Made by a program: the position numbers and the translations under genes. A stretch of DNA of 64,000 bases. Origin: the human T2T-CHM13v2.0 reference genome, Homo sapiens. Each line of letters opens with the position of its first letter. Position 1 is the first letter of the stretch. Location of the stretch: assembly GCF_009914755.1 (NCBI RefSeq), contig NC_060934.1, one strand, 5' to 3'. Of this stretch, positions 13,662 through 25,861 are shown in pieces. The notes below the pieces were generated by a model, which worked only from the letters and a program-made list of their open reading frames with translations, was not told the origin of the DNA and searched no databases.

Positions 13662-13930
13662 AGAATCTTAACAGTAATGGTCAGAGCATTCAGAAAAAAA
13701 AATTCAGCTGTGTCACGGAGTCAGTTGGCTTGGCAGCTGTTACAATATGATACAAAATTTTGCAGAGGCATTTTGTCTTTGGAAAAATCATATAGGGGAC
13801 TAGGTGTACAGTATTTTCACCACTGCAGTTAGAAATGTTTACAGTTGTACCTGATAGCTCCAGTTGAATAAAGCTGTTACGCTGGATGATATTGATAACA
13901 GTGCTTAAACTTCTTTTTCAATTCTTGAAG

Positions 13931-14003
13931 GTGGCCATTCCCATCGAGGACGTTAACCGCAGTCACCTTCGGTTTACCTTCCGCCACAGGTCATCACAGG
14001 ACT
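13931..14003 (+). CDS. DOCK1: DOCK1 exon D (73 nt, phase 0-1)
   Basis: Acceptor attcttgaag|, donor ACT|gtgagt. Encodes [24 protein letters not shown](S). Not in the ORF track; read by hand. Confidence 0.95.
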
Positions 14004-14892
14004 GTGAGTAGTCAAGCACTTTCTTCCCCCAAGTATTTTTAAGGGAGAACTGGGGGAAAGCGCGAGAGGCCACTCTCAGTTGTTCTGGAACTCGCTATCA
14101 TAACACAATAAGGCTCATTTCCCACCGGAACCTATTCCTTGGAAACATTCTTCTCTCTTTTCCTTGAGCAGATCTCAGGAGGAGATCTTAATTTCCTTCT
14201 CCAGTTCCTCCTACCCAGTGTTGCTGGTCCCCTTCTTTCTTTTGCTTTCCAGTCTTCCGTGTTGACTTGCCATCCATCCATGCCATCCATCAGAAAAGTT
14301 ACTGAGCTGTAACAAATACCTCTCAAACATGGGCTCTTAAGGTGCCTGTCTTAGAATTGGAAATCTTGAACCCTTTTTGTCTTCCTTGGTGGCCCTTGCT
14401 GTCTGGAGCTCAGGGATGGCTTTTCTCATAGACATTTTTGTGAATACTGACCATGGTGCCAAGACTTTAGGAGGAAAGAACTGCTATTTGAATCACTCTC
14501 CTTCAAAAAGAATTTATTATTGATGACTGAAATTTGTTCCATCACATTTTGTTAAAATAATTGTCAACTAAAGCTGTAGCCCTGTGCTAGACAGTAAGAT
14601 ATCACAGAAGGAAAACATGATTCCCATCTTTCAGGGTGTGTGTCTCTTTGGCATTGGGAACTGAGACATATTCATATTTGGGACAATAAATGACAAAGAG
14701 AGTTGGCTACAGGCTTGTGTGCCGCAGGCAGTTAAAGGAAAAGAGTGGTGTGGAGGGCAGACCGCCCTTTGTCACTGATGACCCCGTGGGGGTCACACCG
14801 TGCAGTGGGCAGTTTCAGGTTCTGTGTGCTCTGGATGGAGCTTAAGCATGAGCCTCTTCTGTATCTTCATTTGAGGATAAGAATACCTTTCT

Positions 14893-15190
14893 GGCTGGTG
14901 CCGTGGCTCACACCTGTAATCCCAGAACTTTGGGAAGCCAAGGTGGAAGATTGCTTGAGCCCCGGAGTTTGAGACCAGCTTGGGCAACACAGTGAGACCC
15001 GATCTTTACTAAAACAGTTATCCTGGTGTGATGGTATACCTGTAGTCTCAGCTGCTCAGGAGGCTGAGGCAGGAGGATTGCTTGAACCCGGGAGGCAGAG
15101 GTTGCAGTGAGCTGTGATTGCACCACTGCACTTCAGCCTGGGGAACAGAGTGAGACCCTGTCTCAAAAACAAAAAGCAAAACAAAAAAAA
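14893..15190 (+). mobile_element. Alu (AluJ-like)
   Basis: gtggctcacacctgtaatcccag...gattgcttgagccc...gagaccctgtctcaaaaac. Confidence 0.92.
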
Positions 15191-15949
15191 CATAAACCTT
15201 CCTCCTAGGGTATTCTTGAAGGTCAGGCAAGGTGGAGGCTGGCCACCTTCTGGCACGCTGCCTGGTATGGATAGGGGCTCCATTGTAGTTGCTGCTGCTG
15301 GAATAATGTGTTCATTCACCTGACTATTTCTGGGGCCTGGCCTGCCCTGGGCCCTCCATGTGGGGTGGGTGTGCCTGGACAGGGGGGCTGCAGGAGAGCA
15401 GCCTGGAGAGCAAATGCACGAGCACGGTCATGATGTTATGGTGTGCAGATCATCGAGAAGCTTGGGCCTGCTGTTGTTCAGGGGAGTTGGAGAGGCCTGG
15501 TGTGTGGTCTGCAGAGCTGGGGTGCCGGCCCATGACTGTCAATGGCAGGTGTGTGTGTGGTGGGGCCCGGCCTGGGATGTGGCTGACTGGAGGGGTTTCA
15601 AGCAGCATGGAGTGCCTGGTGGTGGGTGGTGCATGGCGGGGGAGTGCGGGGGGTGGGTGGTGGCTGGCAGCTGCCGAAAGCATCATTGCATTCCTGTCCT
15701 GTCCCAACAGTGCATGCAGGCCAGGGGTTCAGTTACAAGGGCATCAGGTTTATGTCTAACGGGAGAAGCAGGGGCAGGAAGGCCGCCAGCTTGGAAGGCA
15801 GTTCCCTGCCATCTCATCCTTGCCCCAGGATCAGATCCAGGCTACCAGACCCCAGACCAAGTCGGATCTGCTAATGGTGCACAACATCCTTGGTGGCCGA
15901 AGCTGTAGGATAATAACAACTATCAGCAGATGTTGGCCATCGTTCACTA

Positions 15950-16160
15950 TGCTCTTATCATGTGCCCGACACAAGAAGTTTATTGTGTTATTTGGATTCG
16001 TCCTCGCAAGATTCCCATGTGGTATCAGTATTATTACTTCCCACATTACAGATGAGGAAACTGGGGCTTGGAAACCCCAGGTCAGGGGCTGAAAGGCACC
16101 CAGGTAGTCAGTGGAAGAGCTTTGGTTCTAAGCCAGGTCCTTGTGCCCGAGCCTTATGCT
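15950..16160. mobile_element. MIR-like SINE remnant (similar remnants near 9110-9210, 11400-11540, 20520-20700, 23690-23830, 31330-31570, 39620-39770, 54300-54490)
   Basis: MIR core motifs such as cccacattacagatgaggaaactggggct, gtgacttgtccaaggtcacacag and gggcaagttgcttaacctctctg. Confidence 0.7.
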
Positions 16161-18199
16161 CCAATGCCTTGGGGGAGTGGCGAGGCCACTTCTTTCCTTT
16201 GGCTTTTATTGAGTTCCTGCTGTATACACAACAAGCTGCTGGGGTTTCTCCTCTTGCAGAGCTTAGGTTTGAGTTGAGGTTTGAGATTAGTTTGCAAGAA
16301 CCAGCTAGGGCGTGGCAGCCTGTGAGTATCACATGAATTAGGCAGAGGTATGATGTGAGCGGAGGGTGCTGGTGGAATGGGGGTGGCTGTGGGCACAGGT
16401 GTGTCCTCGACCAAGGCATGGAGGGCATGGTGGGGGCCAGCCTAGTGGGCTGCAGTGTGCCCCAGACCCTCTAGGGCTCCACGCATATATCACCTTGAGG
16501 CCCACGGAGGAAGCAGGTTAAGAACGGGGTTCTGGAATCCACAGAGGACTCGTCTCAAAATTACGCTCCCGTCTTTTAACAAGCTCATTCTCTCTAATTA
16601 ATAAATTACACTAGGGCAGAGCGATAGCTCCTGTAGCATTTTAATTTTCAAAATCCTTGTTTTTCTTGTCAGTTTTAAGTACTCATTATAGACAAGATGC
16701 TATCACCCAACATACCAGGACACATCTGCATAATAAATGAAGTCTCCGTGGCCACAGCTTGTGGGATTTTGGAAACATGTTGAGCATCGCAGGTGCGATG
16801 CCGATGAAAGCCTGGATGTCGGCCGCTGACCATGGCCTTCGGGGCCTCCCCAGCCAGCCCTGCATGCAGATACCTGGGGCAGAAACAGGTAGAAAGAGCT
16901 GAGGCCACATTGGTCCCCACTTGCTACCCTGAAGAGGAGGCTAGCAAAGGGAACAAGTGATGGGATTTCTCACCTGGGATCTGACCTTGGGATTGGAAAG
17001 TTTGGTGTCGATGGGTTAACATAATACCTTTCCAGCAACCTGTCGGCAACTCCAGCTGCACCAGACCGTGTGGTCCACGGAGCCAGGCAGACTTGCAGCT
17101 CTCAGGCCCAGCTGGCCAGGAGCTGAGTTTTCCTTGATTGTAGTGGGCTTGTTGGGTAGGGCGGCCTAGAGAATGGGCAGCTCTACCCACACTCCAGAAC
17201 ACACAACCCCTACTGCTGTTCCTAAGGTTCTGTAAACTTGTCATATAAACCATCCATCTCATGATGGCTGCTAGTGAGCATGCAGTAAAAAGCGGTCCAT
17301 TCCTCGGATGTGAAGATGCAGAATGTTAATAAAAGGTGCACTTACTGTACTACTTACTGGTAGGGTCAGTAGAAGCCTTCTGCTGACCATTATTGTCACA
17401 CGTCCTTCTGAACCCTGGCTGTTTTCCTGGAGGCATGTCTTTTTTGTTGCCGTTGTTTCCAAGTCCACCCAAACTTAGGAGGAACTGTTCTGTTCTTTGC
17501 CATTTGAACATTGAAATATTTCATGTGCTCTGGTGCCCTTTTACAGAGTTATTTTTTTAGAATCCTAGGGTACATATATTTTACTTCTGTTTCTTCCTGT
17601 GTTTTTTGGCTGGTTGATTATTCATGGAACCATTTAATTTGCCAGGATGTATTGAGCACAACCAGGAAGGCAAAGGTGATAAGCCATGTTGTCTTGGGTA
17701 GTGGGATCCGACGGTAAATATTTTGAGCCGTGGACTCAAGGCGGGTGGATGTGTCATTCTCCCTCTCTGATCTCTGTCCTTTCATCTATAAAGAGAAAGC
17801 TCGGAATCTGTAATTGTAGAGATAGTTTCCAGCTCTGGTCCTCTGTTTCTGTGCTCTGCTGGGATTGCAGCTTGAGGAATTTCTGGCAGATCCATTTCTT
17901 CAGTCCATGTTCCTCATCTGTCCTGGCTTATCAGTCCTTCCCCGCCTTTGGCCCTCGCTGTCTGTCACCAGCCACACTGGACTTCTGTCCCCAGATGTGC
18001 CACACTGGTCCTCGTGAGGGCCTCTGCGCTAGGTCCCCCTCTTCCTGCAGCATTGACATCTTGGCTTATGTGCTGTCCAGCTTCTCAGAGAGATGTCTTC
18101 TGACTAATAAATTGGATTGTCCCCGTTGTCACTGTGACCCCTTAAGAAACCACAATGTTTTGTTTTCTATATCATCTGAAAGCTCATTTGTTTGTTGAC

Positions 18200-18630
18200 T
18201 GTCTCCCAAAGTGGCACAAATATGGATTGAGTACCTGTTGGGCACCAGGCTCTATTTCATGTACTAGGAAATGGCAGTAAAACAAAAGGTCACTTACATT
18301 CCAGGGTCTAGTGGATGAAACCAACAATAAATAGCAACAAGATCAACAAGATTCTCTATCAATCTATCTCTATCTCTGTCTCTGTCTCTGTCTCTGTCTC
18401 TATCTCTATCTCTGTCTCTCTGTCACACACACACATAAACACAACATCTGGTAGTGATAAGAATTATCACGAAAATAAATCAGGTGAGAGGAAAGAGGGT
18501 GATTGGGTGACTAATGGGCTATTTTAGACAAGATATGGTCACTTTGGAGGAGGTGACATTTTGGCAGAAACTTGAATGAAGCGAGTGAGCCCCACATGCA
18601 GATACCTGGGGGATGAACTTTCTCGCCAAA
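18200..18630. mobile_element. L2-like remnant containing a (TMTCTC)n-type microsatellite at ~18355-18435
   Basis: attgagtacctgttgggcaccaggctct...gaggtgacattttggcagaaacttgaatga, with internal tatctc/tgtctc repeats. Confidence 0.6.
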
Positions 18631-19227
18631 GGCAGCACAATTTCACATTGAGGTCGTTAGTCCATTGGTAATTCACATGATGGATATTGCAAGGCAGGAA
18701 TTGATTTTAGTTTTCTGTATTGACCCGCAGTTTCCTTGGTGGAATGGTCTGCCCCTTCCCAGCCTCTGTCGTTTACTGTGGCCTCTTGTTTCCAGGCCCT
18801 GTTGATTTCCGCTGGTCTGGGCGTCTTAGGTTGAAAGCACACAGTCTTTCTCATTGTCATTTTACAGTTACTCTCGCTTTCTAGTGTTGCGGGCTTTCCT
18901 CTGCCTTCTTCAAGACCATGCTGCTCTTCTTGGCCCTTTATCCTGGAATCCGTTTTCACGTTCCAGGAAAAATCTCTTCTATGAGATTTTGATTAGAATG
19001 GCTTTGAATTTATAGATTAATTTGAGAACAACTGATCCCTTTATGCTAGGAGTCTTCTTACTTGTAAACGTGGTCCATTTTTCCATATATTTATTAGATT
19101 AGCTTTAATACCTGTTTGTATAATTTTGTAATTGTTTTCATAAAGGTAGCCTTTGTAGCTTCTTATAATGTTATTTTGTCATGATAATTGAAAGCAATCA
19201 TCAATTTTTTTGTTTTTTGTTTTACAG

Positions 19228-19331
19228 CTAAGGATAAATCTGAGAAAATATTTGCACTAGCATTTGTCAAGCTGATGAGATACGATGGTACCACCCTGCG
19301 AGACGGAGAGCACGATCTTATCGTCTATAAG
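19228..19331 (+). CDS. DOCK1: DOCK1 exon E (104 nt, phase 1-0)
   Basis: Acceptor tttgttttacag|, donor AAG|gtatct. Encodes (S)[34 protein letters not shown]. Confidence 0.96.
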
Positions 19332-19714
19332 GTATCTGGTTGCATTGGTGCAATATTGCTGCTATAGACAGTTTCAGTCTTTTCTGGGCTCCCTGACCTG
19401 GACCAACCTTTCCCATCATTGTGAGGAAGCTGCTATCTAGCTACATTTAATTATGCAAATGAACATTTCCAATGACCAGCCCTTTTGTTGTTCCTAACGG
19501 GAAAAGATGATATACAATATAACAATAGGTGCCATCTAAAAATGCCGTGAACATGAATTATGCTGCAGTAATAAGGGAAATTATTAAAATGTGTATTTAA
19601 TATGATACAAAGCAATTACGATGGTTACAAGGATTAGGGATAACAAAGGATGGCAAAAATGGTGTGTTGCTGTTTGTGAATTGCCTTTGACATACGGCAT
19701 GACTAAATCCACAG

Positions 19715-19898
19715 GCCGAAGCAAAGAAGCTGGAAGATGCTGCCACGTACTTGAGTCTGCCCTCCACGAAGGCAGAGTTGGAAGAAAAGGGCCACTCGGC
19801 CACCGGCAAGAGCATGCAGAGCCTTGGGAGCTGCACCATTAGCAAGGACTCCTTCCAGATCTCCACGCTCGTGTGCTCCACCAAACTGACTCAGAACG
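19715..19898 (+). CDS. DOCK1: DOCK1 exon F (184 nt, phase 0-1), end of DHR-1
   Basis: Acceptor aaatccacag|, donor ACG|gtgcgt. Encodes AEAKKLEDAATYLSLPSTKAELEEKGHSATGKSMQSLGSCTISKDSFQISTLVCSTKLTQN(V), with the DOCK-A/B STKLTQN motif. Confidence 0.96.
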
Positions 19899-20086
19899 GT
19901 GCGTTCGAGAGGAGAAACACACTCACCCCAGGAGCTCTGCCCCAGTCCTGTCTTTTCCATGCTCCTTCCTATGTGGAGGTGTGCTCCGTAGGTGCATGAA
20001 CGTCACCCATAAGGCATTCATTGCATCGGGCTGTGATGATTTATCAATGCATAGAAGGTGGCATTTGTTCATTTGTTGTAATTTAA

Positions 20087-20506
<420 letters not shown>

Positions 20507-21708
20507 TGACATAAAGGAAAGTGCACAAGATTTGGAGTCAGACTAAAAACCTGGAATCGGACCATAGCCCTGTGTTAACCCTGGGGATGCCCTTGAACAA
20601 GTCTTCTGCACATTTCTGGGTCTTATCTTCCTTGTCTGTCGATACGGGAATAGTGCCTGCCTCAAAGGGCTTAGTGAGGGTTACATGAACAGTGGGCTGG
20701 GAGCTCACCTCCCTCTTTATGTCTTCCCCATTCTCAGCTACTCTCTGAGATAATTACTAGTTATCTTTATTTTTAAAAGCTGGTTTGGATGTTACTTTCT
20801 AGCCCTACTCGTGTTGTGGGATAGGGCACCCCCTGCTGACTCCCACACCCCAAAGCTCAGCCCTAATGTGGCAGATCACTCATCCATCAGCTGGTGCCGT
20901 GCCCTTGTGTGGGGTTCGGCCGATGCTTTGAGTGCCTGCACCACCACTGCTTGCAGCCTCTCCAGTGACATTGCTGTCCAGCCAGGGGTACTTCTTATTC
21001 AGAGCACACTGATGTTGTTGCTGTCACTCCGTCTGGAAGAGGCAGAAATCCTACATTTAAAAATTGAATCTTCCAAATGCAGCCGTATCACAGCTGTGCA
21101 GAGTGACTTTATGCTCTCTTGAAGCAGAGCTTGAAAATCCAATTTTTTCCTCTTAACTGCCCGATACAGATTTTGATTATTACTGTCTGTTGCTATCATG
21201 AGTTGTGTCTCTGGGGGATTGTCCGTAAATCATGGCAGTAGTTTTGGATTTGCCCAAGGGACAGTCATCGTTTGGACTTTAATAGGATAAACACAGGACA
21301 AAAGTAAAGCCATTGTCTGGAAGTCAGGACATTGTAGTGGAGCGTGCACTGAGTGTGCTGCATGTTTGGGCATGCGAGCCCTGGGTCAAATGCTTTTGGA
21401 TCTTTCCGTTTCTGCACTTTGCACTCTGTTGTTCTGGGCTACACTTTCCCACTGCTGGTCTGCTGAGTAAACTGCTTGGTGTGGGAGCAGTAAGTCTCTT
21501 AAGTGCCTTAAGCCTACTGGGGCACTTTTATATTCCATTTGCATGCATTTCTCGAACCATTTATGAAGGGTCCTAGCTTGTGGTTGTGTAGTGGTCTCCA
21601 TGAGCATATGAAAAGCCTTACCTGGGTGTGGGATCTATGCAGCCGTGCAGTGGGGAAGGGAGAGAATGCACAGGGAGCCTGCTAGTGGCATGCCCGAGGC
21701 ATGTGCAG

Positions 21709-22075
21709 TGTATTTGTCCCTGTTCATGCTGCTGATAAAGACATACCTGAGACTGGGCAATTTACAAAAGAGAGAGGTTTAATGTACAGTTCTGTGTGAC
21801 TGGGGATGCCTCACAATTGTGGTGGAAGGCAAGGAGGAGCAAGTCACATCTTACGTGGATGGCCGCAGGCAGAGAGAGAGAGAAAGAGAGAGAGAGAGCT
21901 TGTGCAGGGGAACTTCTCTTTTTAAAACCATCAGATCTCATGAGTCTTATCACTCTCATGAGAACAGCACAGGAAAGACCTGCCCCCATGATTCAATTAC
22001 CTCCCACCAGGTCCCTCCCACAACACGTGGGAATTCAAGATAAGATCTGGGTGTGGACATAGCCAAACCATATCA
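21709..22075 (-). mobile_element. THE1 (A/B-like) MaLR solo LTR
   Basis: tgtatt...gctgataaagacatacctgagactggg...agccaaaccatatca, with TG...CA termini. The 5-bp flanks tgcag / tgtgg are consistent with a CpG-decayed TGCGG TSD. Confidence 0.93.
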
Positions 22076-23288
22076 TGTGGTCAGCAGTGCGGGGCTCAAC
22101 TTGGGACTTGGTTATGGAAAGGATGCTCCCCTGTGACATGTTAGTCTCTGGATGTGGCCTTGATAGCTCCACTCGCCTGACAGATGACAGCATCCAGAGC
22201 CTAATTTAACCCAAAGGTGACATCTCCAGGTGGGCCACACTTTAGCATTTCAGTAGGTGCCATGTGTTGCAGTGCTCATGGTGCAGGAAGCCATCATCTC
22301 ATAATTGGGTCATGTTCCGAAAGCATGCTCAGAAGTCATTACTTAACTTGCTCATCTTTCCCCATTCAAAGCAATGCTCTGAGCTGCGGTTAGGTGATGA
22401 GGCCCATCCACAGAATCCTTCTTAACCCTTATGACCCTGGAGAAGGGGACTGTGGACCAGGACATCCCCCCGGGGGGTGGGGTCAGTGGCAATCCCTCCT
22501 TTCACCCTCAAGCTCCTTAAGTCTCACCAGCTGCAGAGTAATCCCCTCCCCAGACTGAGGGAGAGGGCACCCTGCTCTCAGCAGCAGCTGTTGCCAGGCA
22601 ACAAGGAAATTCCGATGTGATGCCACTCACCAGGACTGATGGGAAGTCTGCCTTTCATTTCTCACCAGCCACGGTTCCCCTTCTTGGGATTGTGGCATGT
22701 CAGGTGTGTACAAGATGGAGCTGCCCCAAATGGCGTCTAAGCATCGACTCCCACATTCTCATTTGAGGGAATCATTTTTCTGAAACCATGATTTGTTCCT
22801 GCGAAGTTCCATTACTTAGGGAAACGCAGTGGCTGAATTATTCATTGAGGTTGGTATTAAACTTCTCTGTCCTCAGCATTATGCTAGATGCTGTGGGGGA
22901 TATGAAAGAAGTACCAGATGTGATTCCTCTTCTCAATTAACTGACTATATAATTAGAAAGGAGTCATGAATATGGGCTGTGAGTCCCGGTAATAAGGGCC
23001 TGGGGTGGGACTCATCTGCCTTGGGCAGCCTCATGGGGGCTGGACAAGCCCTGTTTTCTTCCAGCACTCCCTTTGCTCCAAGGTGTTTTACTACTCATTA
23101 GCCCAATTGGACTTTGTCTCAAACTTACAATACAGCGTGCCACCAACTTTGAATGAAGGGGATCCAGATTATTACTGTCTATTAAGGAAATACTGGTAAT
23201 TCTTGTGAGATGGAAATCTCCCTTAACCCTAGGACCAAGAGTGTGTCTGGGCAGGATGGAGCCTTTTCCATTACTTCACTTTCACTTA

Positions 23289-23653
<365 letters not shown>

Positions 23654-24233
23654 TCATCCTCTCCTGGGATGACTGCTGCCATTTGTGCTTTGGACTAGGC
23701 ATTCTGCTAAGTGCTTTCTACACGTCATGTCAGTTAATTCTTACAACCACCTTGTGAATCAGGCAACACTGTACCCATGGTTCAGATGAGAACACTGAGG
23801 TGAAGTTACCTCCCCAGGCCAAGTGGTTGCTGCATGCTGGTGGTTAGGCCCACACTTGGGCGTCTTCCACGGGATCTTTGGGTGCTCCTTTTTTGTCTCC
23901 CTATTTTTAACTCTTCCCTTTGTCAGCTGTACTTGTTTTGGAGCTTATTGCCTGCATGCCTTTTGTACAATTTGATGCTGAAGTTATAATGGATGTCTGT
24001 ATTTCCTGATTTTCTACCTATAGTCACAATTAGAGTTTGTTTTTTTTTTCTTCTTCAGTATTAACTAGAGTTTTGTTTTTTGATTCTTTCTTTTATGGAG
24101 ACAGTTTCTGTAGCTGAAGTTGGTTCATGAGCATAACGGTAAATTAGATGTACTTTGTTAATGGTATTTTTTCGAGTAATGGGATGTTAATATAACTTCA
24201 GGTGAAACTTGGGTAGGCATATGTACTTTCCTA

Positions 24234-24595
<362 letters not shown>

Positions 24596-25312
24596 AAGAA
24601 TATCTTGATGCCTTAAACAAAAACATTTCTGGACACTGTCTTCTTCCACGTTGACTCTTTAAAAACCAGTATATTCATTCCTTGCTTTTTCTATATAAAA
24701 TGCAACAAACAAAAACACAACCATAACAACCACAAACTTCTGTGGAAGCCCAGACATGGTGAGGGCCGGAAGCTCACTCAGTGCAGGCGTGAACCTCAGT
24801 GCAGGCGTGGTCTCAGTTGTCCAGAGCTACTGTAGCTGTGGGGACTCTTAACCTTGCAGTCTCAGTACTTTAATTTGTGTTAGTTATTTTATTTATATTA
24901 TCTATAAAAAAATAGCAGCTTGTTCTTGAGCAGGAGAAACAAACCATTTGGTATCCAGTGCCTGGGCAGCGCTTTCTGGGTGAGCAGGCCTCTTCAGGCC
25001 TTGTGGTGCTCTGAAACTGCCTTCCTGTAGAATGGAAAGACAAGTTCTTTTTTAGTTTCCCAAATGCACTTTTAAAGCTTCTACATGGAAATCATTTCAT
25101 GGTAAATGTCGTTGGGAATAATGAATTCAAGTGTACTAGGTGTTAAGTATGTTGCTACAAAGGAATGGAATATTTAGCAGGTGAATCTTTTAAAATAGGG
25201 TTGATTTCTCTGTTCACAAAATTTTATAGAGAACCTCACATAATGCATGATTAACAGAGACAGAACAGAGTTTCTTGCTTGTGAAGATCTGATTGTCATT
25301 TTCTGTTTCCAG

Positions 25313-25410
25313 TGGACCTTCTGGGGCTCTTGAAATGGCGCTCCAACACCAGCCTGCTGCAGCAGAACTTGAGGCAGCTGATGAAAGTCGATGGTGGTGA
25401 AGTAGTGAAG
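25313..25410 (+). CDS. DOCK1: DOCK1 exon G (98 nt, phase 1-0)
   Basis: Acceptor ttctgtttccag|, donor AAG|gtaaca. Encodes (V)DLLGLLKWRSNTSLLQQNLRQLMKVDGGEVVK. Confidence 0.96.
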
Positions 25411-25516
25411 GTAACATGGAGCCCAAAGGGACTTTTTGGGTCTTTTTTTTTTTTTTTTTTAATGTATGTTAACAGAAGTAGGCAGTGACTTCAAAGGTAG
25501 TATAGGATTGTGGTTA

Positions 25517-25861
<345 letters not shown>

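Noticed and set aside
15358-15908. Overlapping 133-aa and 182-aa ORFs
   Set aside because: G-rich biased sequence, several frames open at once, no recognisable domain or splice context.
17686-18198. 170-aa ORF
   Set aside because: Non-ATG start, overlaps MIR/L2-like remnants, no family resemblance.
22465-22478. C6G7 palindrome
   Set aside because: Too short to be distinguished from chance.
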